From Candidatus Baldrarchaeota archaeon (GTDB taxonomy: Archaea > Asgardarchaeota > Baldrarchaeia > Baldrarchaeales > DXJG01), in the NCBI GenBank assembly GCA_019056805.1, contig DXJG01000007.1:1992-65991 (forward strand): a DNA stretch of 64,000 nucleotides. The letters are read 5' to 3'. A program made the position numbers and the translations under genes. The notes under the pieces are model-generated. The model made no database searches, was not told where the DNA came from, and worked only from the letters and a program-made list of their open reading frames with translations. Positions 54,377 to 64,000 of this stretch are shown piece by piece. Each line of letters opens with the position of its first letter. Within the stretch, counting starts at the first letter, position 1.

Positions 54377-55741
54377 TTAAGACGCAATAACGTAGGTAAT
54401 TGAGATTAAACAAAAGTTGATTAAAATATATAGAAGCAAGATTATTATTCCTCGTTTATTCACTAATTTTCCTTTAGAAGACCCTAAATATATTAGGATT
54501 CCAGAAATAAAGCTTAGAGTTGCATAGTGAATTTCTGAGGGATCAGGAAATTTTGGATAGAAAAGTTCTGGAATAAGTAGGGTTGGTAAATTCACTACTT
54601 TAAGCAATAGAAGTAGAAGTTCGATGAAAATCAAGATGAGACATGTTTTTGACAATTTTTCTCTAACCGTTATTAGCGAACATATGAGAAGTGAAGAAAT
54701 TAGCATTAATGTTAATGTGAAGAGATTATAGCCTACATAAATTAGATAGGTGATTATACAGAGAGATATTATAATTATGAGGTCTCTATATGGAAAACTT
54801 ATTCTTTGAGTGATTCTTTTGGCTTTTCTACTGCCTAAAGTTCCCATGGAAATAAGAAATCCGGATAGTAAGGCTAAAAATATGTATATATAGAAACTTG
54901 AGGTTATAGTCGCAGGAAAAGGCTGCAGACCTTTAATGACTGTTAAATTAAATAATTTTGTAGCTATTGCTTGAGAAGAGGTTAAAGCAAGTTCAACTAT
55001 AACTAATACATATACTAAATATAGTGGCCAGTCTTTTCTAGCGTATAAGTTGAAAAGAAGTGCTCCCCAAGTTGCATAAAATATTATGGTTGTAATTTCA
55101 TACATAGCAAATGAAAATGTAAGTAACACCATACCTAGGATGAATATAAGTCCCCTTATTGGTAAAGGTGACTCAGAGATCTCTGAAATTTTCCTATCTA
55201 CCTTTTCGACTAAGGCTGGCCTTTTTAATGGTTGAAATAATTTAACGTGTTTCTTATCTTCTACTTTTGGGGACAATGGTTTTTTGAGAGATTTCAATTG
55301 TTTATAGAAGGATTTTAATATTTTTTGATAATTGCTCCAGTTTTCTTGCATTTTTGATATAACATTTGATAACTTTTCTTTTACATCCTCTGAATCTTCA
55401 ATTTCATCTGCAATTATGGCCAAAGCGTATATTTCCTTACCTCCTCTAGCTTCTTCAGACTCTATATAAAATCTTTTAGCTAAACATTTGGTACCTGAAA
55501 TCGAGAACAAAGTGTATTCTAGTTCCTCCCCCATTCCAATCGCGTTTTTTGCTATTTTCTCTAAAATTTCGGGTTTTCGTGCAAAAAGTCTACCAGGATA
55601 TTTATTTACTGGTATGAAACCTTTAACTTCATCAAACTTACATAGAACTAAACCCTTTAGGTTAACTTTTCTATCTTTTACAGATTCTTCCACCTTAAAA
55701 TTACTTTCACTGGACTTTTGATTCTCTTTATTATTTGTCAA
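54377..55741 (-). CDS. Membrane protein with N-terminal cytoplasmic alpha/beta domain (possible roadblock/longin-like) and C-terminal polytopic region
   Basis: N-terminal ~150 aa hydrophilic (GLVLCKFDEVKGFIPV...EIYALAIIADEIEDSEDVKEKLSNVISKMQENW), then about 8 hydrophobic helices. Lies immediately upstream of, and on the same strand as, the GTPase gene. Confidence 0.75.
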   Translation of the reverse strand: MTNNKENQKSSESNFKVEESVKDRKVNLKGLVLCKFDEVKGFIPVNKYPGRLFARKPEILEKIAKNAIGMGEELEYTLFSISGTKCLAKRFYIESEEARGGKEIYALAIIADEIEDSEDVKEKLSNVISKMQENWSNYQKILKSFYKQLKSLKKPLSPKVEDKKHVKLFQPLKRPALVEKVDRKISEISESPLPIRGLIFILGMVLLTFSFAMYEITTIIFYATWGALLFNLYARKDWPLYLVYVLVIVELALTSSQAIATKLFNLTVIKGLQPFPATITSSFYIYIFLALLSGFLISMGTLGSRKAKRITQRISFPYRDLIIIISLCIITYLIYVGYNLFTLTLMLISSLLICSLITVREKLSKTCLILIFIELLLLLLKVVNLPTLLIPELFYPKFPDPSEIHYATLSFISGILIYLGSSKGKLVNKRGIIILLLYILINFCLISITYVIAS

Positions 55742-55940
55742 CTTACATAATTACCTCCAACAAACGTTCAAAGCCTAAAATAGTGAAGCGGTATTTAACA
55801 GCCCTTAATTTAGTTAATTAAAACTTATCTATTATGAAACTTAAAAACGCTTCTAAGAATTTCTGTGTGCGTATATCTAAAATTAAAGGTAAAATGGTTT
55901 CAACAGAGGAAAACGAACTAAAAGTTCAAAATAACACTTG

Positions 55941-56831
55941 TCATGCTATTGTAAGTGTATAAATTCCAAGAATAATAACTGCAATGCCTAGTAAACGTAA
56001 CTTATCAAGTTTTTCTTTAAGAACTGTAGTTCCAAGAATTGTTGAGAATAGCGGGGAACTAGAGGCTATTATAGTAGTTTTAGCCACACCTATCAGATTT
56101 ATTGCAAAAAGGAAGAGTAGTGATCCAAGTCCTATCGCAAAAATACCCCCGATCGAGAGAACGAGTAGGGTCTTTTTATCCATGCTTTTGAGCTCCTTTT
56201 TCCGTCTCTCTTTAGATAATATTAGTAGCCATACGATTATGTTAAGAATTAATAGCCTTACAAGATTTAAGAAGACGGGAGATACACTTAGGAGAACAAT
56301 TTTAAGAATTGTCATACTTATACCCCAAGAAAGGGAAGCCATTATTGCAGCAATTAAACCTCTAACCATGTGTTTACTCTGACTGTTTTCAGCTTTGAGA
56401 AACAATAAAAATACCCCTAGTACAACAAGTATAGCGCTTATGAAGGTCCATATGTTGATAGTTTCTTGTAAGAAGAAGTATGCGAAAATTGCGACAAAAA
56501 GGGAATATGTATAAGAAACTGGATGTCCTATTGCTACACCAGCATCTCTAATAGCCACAAGAAATAAGGAATCGCCAAGAAGAATGCCGAAAGAAACATC
56601 TACTACTATAAGTAAGAAAAGCCATACGGATAAATTATGAATTTGATATATTTCGCCCATAATTGCTACTGCGGCAAGCATAAAAATTAGGCTTGGAATT
56701 GTTCTAATGCCATTTGCAACTATTACATCTGAGTTTTCTGTTTTTAACCCAACTTTATAAAGTACTGTTGCTAAAGACCACGAGATCGCTGTTAATAAAC
56801 TTAACACAATCCCAACTTCTACTGTATGCAA
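55941..56831 (-). CDS. EamA/DMT-family transporter (copy 1)
   Basis: 296 aa, about 10 TM helices in two homologous halves; paralog of 59877..60767. Confidence 0.85.
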   Translation of the reverse strand: MHTVEVGIVLSLLTAISWSLATVLYKVGLKTENSDVIVANGIRTIPSLIFMLAAVAIMGEIYQIHNLSVWLFLLIVVDVSFGILLGDSLFLVAIRDAGVAIGHPVSYTYSLFVAIFAYFFLQETINIWTFISAILVVLGVFLLFLKAENSQSKHMVRGLIAAIMASLSWGISMTILKIVLLSVSPVFLNLVRLLILNIIVWLLILSKERRKKELKSMDKKTLLVLSIGGIFAIGLGSLLFLFAINLIGVAKTTIIASSSPLFSTILGTTVLKEKLDKLRLLGIAVIILGIYTLTIA

Positions 56832-57329
56832 AATTGTGTCCCCATCACTGTTTTTACTGGTTAAACATTTTAGTGATAAAATAGTAGTTTGATATAAATT
56901 TTCGCATCGAAAAATGACGTAAATGGAACAAATTTTAATCGGATTTTCCCGTTGACCTGTTCAGACCTGTTATTTGTCGATAGTTTTATGTTTACATTTA
57001 AAGCCACCTTTGACTGTTAGACCACACTATTCACTCTAATTACATGCTTTGATTTTTGTAAATAAAGGATTTTTACAAGCAATAACATGAAAATACAGCA
57101 TTCAAAATATTATTGGATGAAATTATAGGAAAACATTTTGAAAAAGGATACATAATCTTTTCATTTGTTAAAGAATTAAAAGGAAAAAACGAGTTATTAA
57201 AATAAAATATTTTTAATTCGGTTTTAGTTTCTTAGCCAAAAATTGTTGACCAGAAAAACCATTAATTGAGTAAAATTAATTAAATATGGTTACACTAAAG
57301 TTAAATTACAAATTGTATCGGGGATAGTT

Positions 57330-57974
57330 GTGCTACCATTAGAATACATTGTTAAGGTTGTAATTATTACCTCCTCTGGTGCTTTATCTCCTGGTCCCCT
57401 TACAGCTTCAACCATCGCTGCTGGATCTAGTGAAGGTTGGAAAAATGGATTTAAAATTAGTGTGGGACATATGATCGTAGAAATGCCTCTAGTGTTTTTA
57501 ATAGCTTTTGGCATCGCAACCCTGCTTGCAACACCTGTTATTGAAAGAGTGATAAGTTTTGCCGGGGGCAGTCTTCTAATATTACTAGGTGCTTTTATGC
57601 TGAAAGACGTATTTAAAAAAGATTTTGGCGACGAAAATGTTTCTAGTAATGCTGTGCGTTCTCCCCTTATGATTGGAATTTTACTTTCTCTTTTTAATCC
57701 ATATTTTTTAGTTTGGTGGATACTTGTAGGTGGAGCTCTCGTCATTGAAGCTATACTTCTTGCAGGTCTTATAGGTGTTGGTTTAATGTTTATTGCGCAT
57801 ATTTGGATGGACTATGCTTGGTTAATGCTATTATCTGAACTTTCTAAGAAGGGAAAACAGATTCTTAAAACAAAGGGATATAAGATATTATTAGCTGGTA
57901 TTTCGCTTGCTTTGATATTTTTTGGAATAGATTTTATCTCTTTATCAATATTTGGTTCAGGCATCCTTCTATAG
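57330..57974 (+). CDS. LysE/RhtB-type small exporter-like membrane protein
   Basis: About 6 TM helices and N-terminal SPGP motif characteristic of the LysE translocator family; GTG start. Confidence 0.7.
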   Translation: MLPLEYIVKVVIITSSGALSPGPLTASTIAAGSSEGWKNGFKISVGHMIVEMPLVFLIAFGIATLLATPVIERVISFAGGSLLILLGAFMLKDVFKKDFGDENVSSNAVRSPLMIGILLSLFNPYFLVWWILVGGALVIEAILLAGLIGVGLMFIAHIWMDYAWLMLLSELSKKGKQILKTKGYKILLAGISLALIFFGIDFISLSIFGSGILL

Positions 57975-58060
57975 AAACTTTTACAACTCATTAAATTAGT
58001 AAAATACATATGAGAACTAAATTCTCTCCACTTATAGAATAGAGAGGATGTTGAAGTGCA

Positions 58061-58981
58061 ATGTCCAAAATTGAATTTGATCCTCGTTTTTGGCATAATA
58101 TTCAAGGTCCCTTCGAAATGGATGTTTCAAGAAGATTTGAATACGATGAGGATTCTTTAGAATTGATTAGACGATGGTTGAGACTTCATGATTCCCAAGT
58201 TGAGGTAATAGTGGAAGTTGGTTCTGGAAGTGGATATTTTACCGAGAAACTTGTTGAAATGACTCATGGACAAGCAAAAATAGTTTGTGTTGAGCCAGAT
58301 GATGTACTAAGACGATATGCTGAAACTAAACTAGCTGGAAAAGCTGAATTTTTAAGTGGTTATGTTGAAGATCTTCCTTTGCCAAGTGATTACGCTGATT
58401 TAACAGTTTGCCACATCCTTCTACATAACCTTCCTGATATTTACAAAGCAGTAAGAGAAATGGTACGCGTAACGAGAAAAGGTGGCATAGTTGCAGCAAT
58501 AGAACCTGCTATAGGAAGTTTCCATTATTATCCTGACGAAACGCTTAACAAACTTATTGAAAAAGTTCAAAAAGCTTTTGGCAAGAGTGTTTGGGAATTA
58601 AGAACTAAATTAATGAAATATCCAAGGGAGAAGCCTTGGATATACAAACCAGCTTATTATGTCAAGGTTTTTCACGAATGCGGGCTTACGGAGATAGAAA
58701 TTCATGGAATCTTGTCTGTGTTCCTTTTAAGCGATCCACGTAGGTCTAGAAATCAGATAATAGAATGGCTCAAAGATAGATTAAAAGTATTAAAGGAAAC
58801 CGAAAAACAGGATTATGTTATTTTAAAGCGTGGTGGATTGAGTAAACAAGAGATAACCAGGTATCGTCAAAAATATAGACAGTACTTAGAAAAATTGATA
58901 AAGAAACCTGAACTCATCTCTGAAACTCATGAAATGGAAATAACTTCGAGAATATTAATTTTAGGCCTAAAAAGAGAGTGA
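58061..58981 (+). CDS. Class I SAM-dependent methyltransferase
   Basis: Motif I VVEVGSGSGYFTEKL, acidic motif II region, motif-post-I pattern. Confidence 0.8.
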   Translation: MSKIEFDPRFWHNIQGPFEMDVSRRFEYDEDSLELIRRWLRLHDSQVEVIVEVGSGSGYFTEKLVEMTHGQAKIVCVEPDDVLRRYAETKLAGKAEFLSGYVEDLPLPSDYADLTVCHILLHNLPDIYKAVREMVRVTRKGGIVAAIEPAIGSFHYYPDETLNKLIEKVQKAFGKSVWELRTKLMKYPREKPWIYKPAYYVKVFHECGLTEIEIHGILSVFLLSDPRRSRNQIIEWLKDRLKVLKETEKQDYVILKRGGLSKQEITRYRQKYRQYLEKLIKKPELISETHEMEITSRILILGLKRE

Positions 58982-59166
58982 AATCTGTTATTTAAGATGA
59001 ATAATGTTATGTCATTTATGATGTATATTGTAGTAGTATTTGTAGCAACATTTATATTGTAATGATATTATAATATGTTTGTAAAAAGCTTTTTTATAGA
59101 TTCGGCAAAACAACTGGGGTTCTTGGATTGGGTAGGAAAGCTCTCGCAGTATACATTGGAGCATGT

Positions 59167-59844
59167 ATGTCTCGTAACTCTATGCCTAGAATGCGGGGAT
59201 ATATTTTCCCTGATGGAAAATATGTATTTATACCTCAGGTAAGTAGTAATCAACATGCTCCAGGTCCAACCTATAGAGATCTAGGCCTTGACGAGTATGT
59301 ACACCCCAGTTATTATGGATTAAAGGTACATTACGACCCTGAATTTGAAACTTTCACATATGGTGAATACGTAGGGAAAGCAGATCCATGTACTAAGAAT
59401 TTGTTGCAGTTAAAACCTGGCGATTATTTGTTTTTTGTTACGTCTCTCCAGTTTAGCCCTGGTTCCTATAGACGCGAGTGGTGGGTTAAGCTAGAATGGG
59501 CTTATTACATCATTGGTTATTTTGAAATAGAAGAGATATTTAATCACAAGGACCTTAACGTGGCTGCTGTTCAACATAAGTTGCGTAATAATGCTCATAT
59601 TATTGCAGGAGACACAAGGCCTGACCTTGTAATATGGAAAGGTAGTGAACGCTCCGCAAAATTAGAATACGCTGTTCCAATAAGTGATAAAAATATTCCA
59701 ACCTCTCTAGCTTGTGAAATTTTCAAAGTAGATTTAAGGAAGAGAATAAGGCCTAGATGGTGGCAAACCTATTTAATAAATGAAAATAGACTTGAGAAAC
59801 TATGGAGACTCATTAAATCAATCAATATTATTCACATTTTCTGA
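59167..59844 (+). CDS. Hypothetical protein
   Basis: ORF 59128..59844; start tentatively placed at the first ATG. No recognisable motif. Confidence 0.5.
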   Translation: MSRNSMPRMRGYIFPDGKYVFIPQVSSNQHAPGPTYRDLGLDEYVHPSYYGLKVHYDPEFETFTYGEYVGKADPCTKNLLQLKPGDYLFFVTSLQFSPGSYRREWWVKLEWAYYIIGYFEIEEIFNHKDLNVAAVQHKLRNNAHIIAGDTRPDLVIWKGSERSAKLEYAVPISDKNIPTSLACEIFKVDLRKRIRPRWWQTYLINENRLEKLWRLIKSINIIHIF

Positions 59845-59876
59845 TTTTACTATTTTTGTTGTAAAATGTTAATTTA

Positions 59877-60767
59877 TCATGTTATTGCGAGTATATAGAT
59901 TCCAAGGATAATAGTTGCTATACCTATTGTACGTGGTTTATCGAGTTTTTCTTTAAGTATTGCAACTCCGAAAATTGTTGAAAAGAGTGGAGAACTTGAG
60001 GTTATTATTGTAGATTTCGCTGCACCTATCAAATTTATTGAGAAAAGAAATAATAGTGCTCCGAGACCTATTCCAAGAATACCACCAGCTAACAGAACAG
60101 TTAAACTTAATCTCCTCAAATTCTTAATTTCTTTCCTCTTACTTCTTTTGGGTAGTATTAGTAGCCATACAATTATATTAAGAACAATTAACCTTACAAA
60201 GTTAAGGAAGAGAGGCTCTATGTTTAGAAGAAGAACTTTGAGAATGGGTATGCTTGTACCCCAGCAAAAAGCAGCTAACAATGCTGCAATTAATCCTTTA
60301 ACCATATGATTATTTTGATTTCTCTCCGCTTTGAAAAATAATAGAAATATTCCTGAAACGACGAGTATAGCGCTTATGAAGGTCCATATGTTGACGGTTT
60401 CTTGTAGGAGGAAGTATGCAAAGATTGTGACAAAAAGAGAGTACGTATATGATACTGGGTATCCTATTGCTACACCAGCATCTCTTAAAGCTATGAAAAA
60501 CAAGCAATCACCAAGTAAAATACCTAGGGAAACATTTACTACTATAAGGAAGAGAAGCCATGAGGTTAGTTTGTTAACTTCGCTTAATTTTCCCATGATT
60601 ATTGTTACGAGAAATATAAAGATTAAAGCTGAAACGGCTCTAACACCATTTGCAACTATTACATCTGAATGTTCTTCTTTCAACCCAACCTTGTAGAGCA
60701 CCGCTGCCAGTGACCATGAAATCGCTGTTAATATGCTTAACAGTATTCCAATTTCTTCTGCAAGCAA
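59877..60767 (-). CDS. EamA/DMT-family transporter (copy 2)
   Basis: Roughly 65 percent identical by eye to 55941..56831 (ILTAISWSLA.VLYKVGLK...HSDVIVANG.R, GDSLF/GDCLF, RDAGVAIG.PVSYTYSLF). Confidence 0.85.
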   Translation of the reverse strand: MLAEEIGILLSILTAISWSLAAVLYKVGLKEEHSDVIVANGVRAVSALIFIFLVTIIMGKLSEVNKLTSWLLFLIVVNVSLGILLGDCLFFIALRDAGVAIGYPVSYTYSLFVTIFAYFLLQETVNIWTFISAILVVSGIFLLFFKAERNQNNHMVKGLIAALLAAFCWGTSIPILKVLLLNIEPLFLNFVRLIVLNIIVWLLILPKRSKRKEIKNLRRLSLTVLLAGGILGIGLGALLFLFSINLIGAAKSTIITSSSPLFSTIFGVAILKEKLDKPRTIGIATIILGIYILAIT

Positions 60768-60940
60768 GACTTACACCTGATAATTTTAGTTGATATTTGG
60801 AATTTGAAACAGCAGAATACAATATCAACTTAACATAAAATTTTCTCTCTTAATTACTGGTACAGTTTTAATATCTTATGTAATCGTTGGGAACATGTTT
60901 CACATTGTTATAAATTACTGTTATAAGATATAATGGGTTG

Positions 60941-61774
60941 TCAACGTTTTAGTATACCTATTGCCATTATTATGAGAGCTTCCATCAGTTTATACGCTTC
61001 TACGATATCTTGAGCTGTGTAGCCTACGATGTTTCCTTGTATTCTTTTAACATTGGGAATAAGTTCAGCTACATCTGCCATTGTTGAATCTGTAAACTCT
61101 AACTCAACGTTAAAGGGTGGTTGAGGCTTAAATGAAGCAACTTGTTTCTTCTTTACTTTTTCAATCGCCTTGGGAACAGCTTTTCTTATTTCTTTTTCTA
61201 TGGTTTTTGGATGTTTTGTTAATGCTGCTCTACGTCCCAAAGCATACTTAGTAACTATTGTCTCGATATTTGGTACGGTGTTTTTAGCATGTTCAATAAG
61301 TTTATCATCTCCAGTAACAAGTGATATTGGCACATTGTAGTATCCTGCTACTGCAGCATTTAGCCAAAATTCGCTTACTTCAAATCCATTGATTTTGATT
61401 CTTTGTATTGTTGACCCGCTTATTGTATGATCTAAGATAGAGTGAATGGTCCCCTTCTTTGAATGATAACCTAGAAATAGAGCTGTATCAAATCCTTTGT
61501 CTATGTAAGCAACCATGCATGTGGCTCTTGGAAACCCTGTTACTACGTCAACATATTCTGGTAATTCTTCTATTAGAAGATTTATCATACTGCCATGGGA
61601 ATCTGCGACAACAATCTTCTCTGCACCAGTTTCTTGTAGCGCTTCAACTGCTGCTTTAACTTCTAGTGTCATCCATTTTCTAGCCCTTTCATACTCTTTT
61701 GAGTCAGATATGACATGTTTTAAAGAAACAACACCAACAATACCCTCCATATCGACTGAAATAAAAACTCTCAA
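60941..61774 (-). CDS. M55-family D-aminopeptidase (DppA-like)
   Basis: N-terminus MRVFISVDMEGIVGV, characteristic of DppA/M55 peptidases; length 277 aa. Confidence 0.85.
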   Translation of the reverse strand: MRVFISVDMEGIVGVVSLKHVISDSKEYERARKWMTLEVKAAVEALQETGAEKIVVADSHGSMINLLIEELPEYVDVVTGFPRATCMVAYIDKGFDTALFLGYHSKKGTIHSILDHTISGSTIQRIKINGFEVSEFWLNAAVAGYYNVPISLVTGDDKLIEHAKNTVPNIETIVTKYALGRRAALTKHPKTIEKEIRKAVPKAIEKVKKKQVASFKPQPPFNVELEFTDSTMADVAELIPNVKRIQGNIVGYTAQDIVEAYKLMEALIIMAIGILKR

Positions 61775-62230
61775 ACATTACACCTCCACTGGTAACATAA
61801 ATCATCTTCTATTTGTTAATTCGTTTTAGTAAACTTTCTTCACTACTGATTTCTCTCTAATTTAATTAATCTTATTTTAACAAGATAGCGGAAGATACGA
61901 TTTTATCACATAAGTTTAATAATTTAAAGGATAGCTTGATTTGATAGAATTAAAGGTTATCATTATTGAATTATTTAATAATATAATGAAGGTTACTAAG
62001 TTTATTTTTGAAAGACTATTAATTATATGATACTATTAGAAAATTAAATAGTTTAGAATATAGATTAAATAAAATTTTATGTTAAACTGTCAAATTGTTT
62101 TAAAGTTCTTGAGATAAATTTTTAAATATTCAAATTCTCTTATTTTAGCAAAAAATTACCTTCTAGCTTACTTTCTCGATCAAAGCAAAAAGCAAGATGC
62201 TCTTAAAAATGGGATAAGAGGTGTATAAAA

Positions 62231-64000
62231 GTGGATATCGCAGTTGAGCCAGAATGGTGGTACCTATGGATTCCTTTGCTAGCTAGCCTCATAGCTATTG
62301 GTGTGATTGCATATCTTATATCATACATTAAAAAGAAACCCGTTGGAACAGAGAAAATGAAAGAAATCGCCGAGGCTATCAGAATAGGCGCTAAGGCCTA
62401 TCTAAAACGTCAAAACACCACGATCGCCATGGTCGCCCTGATTATAGCTGTCGGTCTATACATATATGACTTTGTCAGTCACGGTGGAATCCCATTCTAT
62501 TCCCTTGCATTCGTTCTAGGAGCAGCAGCATCTACCTTAGCCGGGTACATAGGTATGAACATCTCCACAATTGCTCATGTAAGAACCACCGAAGCCGCTA
62601 GGAACCATAATCTTCCCGAAGCAACAAAAATCGCATTTCGTGGCGGTGCAGTCACAGGTTTAGGTATTACAAGTATAAGTATTCTCAGCCTCACCATCTT
62701 ATACTATGTTTATTCAATGATTGCCGGTGTTCCAAACCCAGAACTAGTAGTTAGCTTCGGTTTCGGTGCCAGCTTAGTAGGTCTTTTTGCCCAGCTTGGA
62801 GGCGGCATCTACACTAAGGGTGCAGATGTTGGTGCAGATATAAGTGGAAAGGTTGAAGAAGGAATTCCTGAAGATGATCCAAGAAACCCAGCAGTAATAG
62901 CTGACCTAGTTGGAGACAACGTAGGCGACTGCGCTGGCAGAGGAGCTGACCTATTTGAATCTTTCACCGATAACAATATTGGTGCTATGATTCTTGGAAT
63001 AGCACTCGTAGCATACTTTGGCTTCGCTGGCGTAGTATTTCCATTAATTGCAGGTGCCATCGGCATCGTAGCCTCAATTATCGGTATCTTAACCGTAGGT
63101 AAAATTAAGAAAGATGACCCAATGATGTCAATAAATGCAGGATACATTCTAATGGGTATCACGGCAGCGATTTTGTTCTATATCTCCATAGTATTAATGT
63201 TAGGAGGAAAAATTGTCTTTTTCATCGATATTGTTATTGGCATAATCACCGCTGTTTTAGTTGGCCTCTTAATACAATATTACACCAGCTATCAATACAA
63301 GCCAGTTAAGACCATAGCTGAGGCAGCAAAAACAGGGCCTGCAACAAACGTTATCACAGGACTAGCAGTCGGAATGAAGAGCACTGGAATACCACTCATC
63401 GTATTATCTGCTGCGATAATTATCTCGTACATAATCTCTGGCGGATTAGTCGACCATAAGATGGGCTTTTACGGAATCGCCATGGCTACACTGGGCATGT
63501 TATCTATGACCAGTATAATCATGTCCTCTGACACATTTGGCCCAATAACCGATAATGCCGGTGGAATTGCAGAAATGTCTGGCCTTGGCGAAGACGTTAG
63601 AAAAATCACTGACATGCTAGACTCTATTGGTAACACTACAAAAGCTATAACTAAAGGATATGCCATGGGCTGTGCAACACTTTCAGCATTCGTCCTCTTT
63701 GCATCATACCTTGAAATAGTATCCGCAAGGATCCCAGATTTCACCATTAGCCTAACATCGCCTGTAACGATTCTAGGACTGTTTCTTGGAGGAATTGTTC
63801 CATTCCTATTCTCAGCATACGCAATAGAGGCTGTTGGAAAAGCAGCATTCAAGATTGTAGAGGAAGTAAGAAGACAATTCAGAGAAATACCTGGATTAAG
63901 AGAAGGAAAAGCAAAGCCGAGATACGATGTGGCTGTTGACATTGCGACAAAGGCAGGTATAAAGGGTATGCTTATCCCTGGTGCCATAGGTATTATAAGT
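62231..64000 (+). CDS. hppA: Membrane-bound H+-translocating (V-type) inorganic pyrophosphatase, 5' portion; runs off the window end
   Basis: My own translation from the GTG at ~62231 gives [55 protein letters not shown], the canonical PPase motifs. Not in the ORF track because the frame has no stop before the window end. Confidence 0.93.
   Translation, partial: MDIAVEPEWWYLWIPLLASLIAIGVIAYLISYIKKKPVGTEKMKEIAEAIRIGAKAYLKRQNTTIAMVALIIAVGLYIYDFVSHGGIPFYSLAFVLGAAASTLAGYIGMNISTIAHVRTTEAARNHNLPEATKIAFRGGAVTGLGITSISILSLTILYYVYSMIAGVPNPELVVSFGFGASLVGLFAQLGGGIYTKGADVGADISGKVEEGIPEDDPRNPAVIADLVGDNVGDCAGRGADLFESFTDNNIGAMILGIALVAYFGFAGVVFPLIAGAIGIVASIIGILTVGKIKKDDPMMSINAGYILMGITAAILFYISIVLMLGGKIVFFIDIVIGIITAVLVGLLIQYYTSYQYKPVKTIAEAAKTGPATNVITGLAVGMKSTGIPLIVLSAAIIISYIISGGLVDHKMGFYGIAMATLGMLSMTSIIMSSDTFGPITDNAGGIAEMSGLGEDVRKITDMLDSIGNTTKAITKGYAMGCATLSAFVLFASYLEIVSARIPDFTISLTSPVTILGLFLGGIVPFLFSAYAIEAVGKAAFKIVEEVRRQFREIPGLREGKAKPRYDVAVDIATKAGIKGMLIPGAIGIIS

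Noticed and set aside
56832-57329. About 500-bp non-coding gap containing a short direct repeat (ACCTGTT twice) and AT-rich tracts; similar gaps at 20982..21389 and 61775..62230
   Set aside because: Searched for tRNA-like GC-rich stems, CRISPR-like periodic repeats or IS ends and found none; most likely long promoter/leader regions.
62809-63987. Minus-strand ORFs 62809..63162 and 63469..63987
   Set aside because: Antisense to the plus-strand H+-PPase reading frame, which carries canonical PPase motifs; the minus-strand translations are Pro/Ser/Ala-rich shadow frames.

Overview
AT-rich archaeal chromosomal segment (archaeal assignment rests on gene content: CDC48-type AAA ATPase, MoaD/SAMP-like protein with C-terminal GG, ChlI/ChlD-type AAA-VWA protein, ADP-forming acetyl-CoA synthetase, membrane H+-pyrophosphatase). 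About 45 genes on both strands; no rRNA, tRNA, CRISPR array, integrase or transposase was recognised. About a third of the window encodes very large cell-surface proteins (2150, 1440, 1638, 990 and 544 aa), each with an N-terminal signal peptide and a C-terminal membrane anchor. Housekeeping genes include a DEAD-box helicase, CDC48, GTP-dependent PEP carboxykinase, two ABC transporter sets, an Lrp/AsnC regulator, a NUDIX hydrolase, a glycerophosphodiester phosphodiesterase, a gamma-carbonic-anhydrase-like protein and a partial H+-PPase at the 3' edge. The best candidate for an undescribed system is a small Arf/Rag-like GTPase (53329..54246) sitting next to membrane proteins whose cytoplasmic domains look roadblock/longin-like, with a clearly homologous cytoplasmic domain on a second membrane protein at 7032..9194; the fold assignment is my inference and needs structure prediction. 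Other notable items are a tandem array of an uncharacterised membrane-anchored protein family with 86-bp identical tracts and a decayed third copy, and twin perfect palindromes between a divergent regulator gene and an ABC operon. All calls come from reading the translations and the DNA by eye; no database searches were run, and non-CDS coordinates may be off by 1-2 nt.
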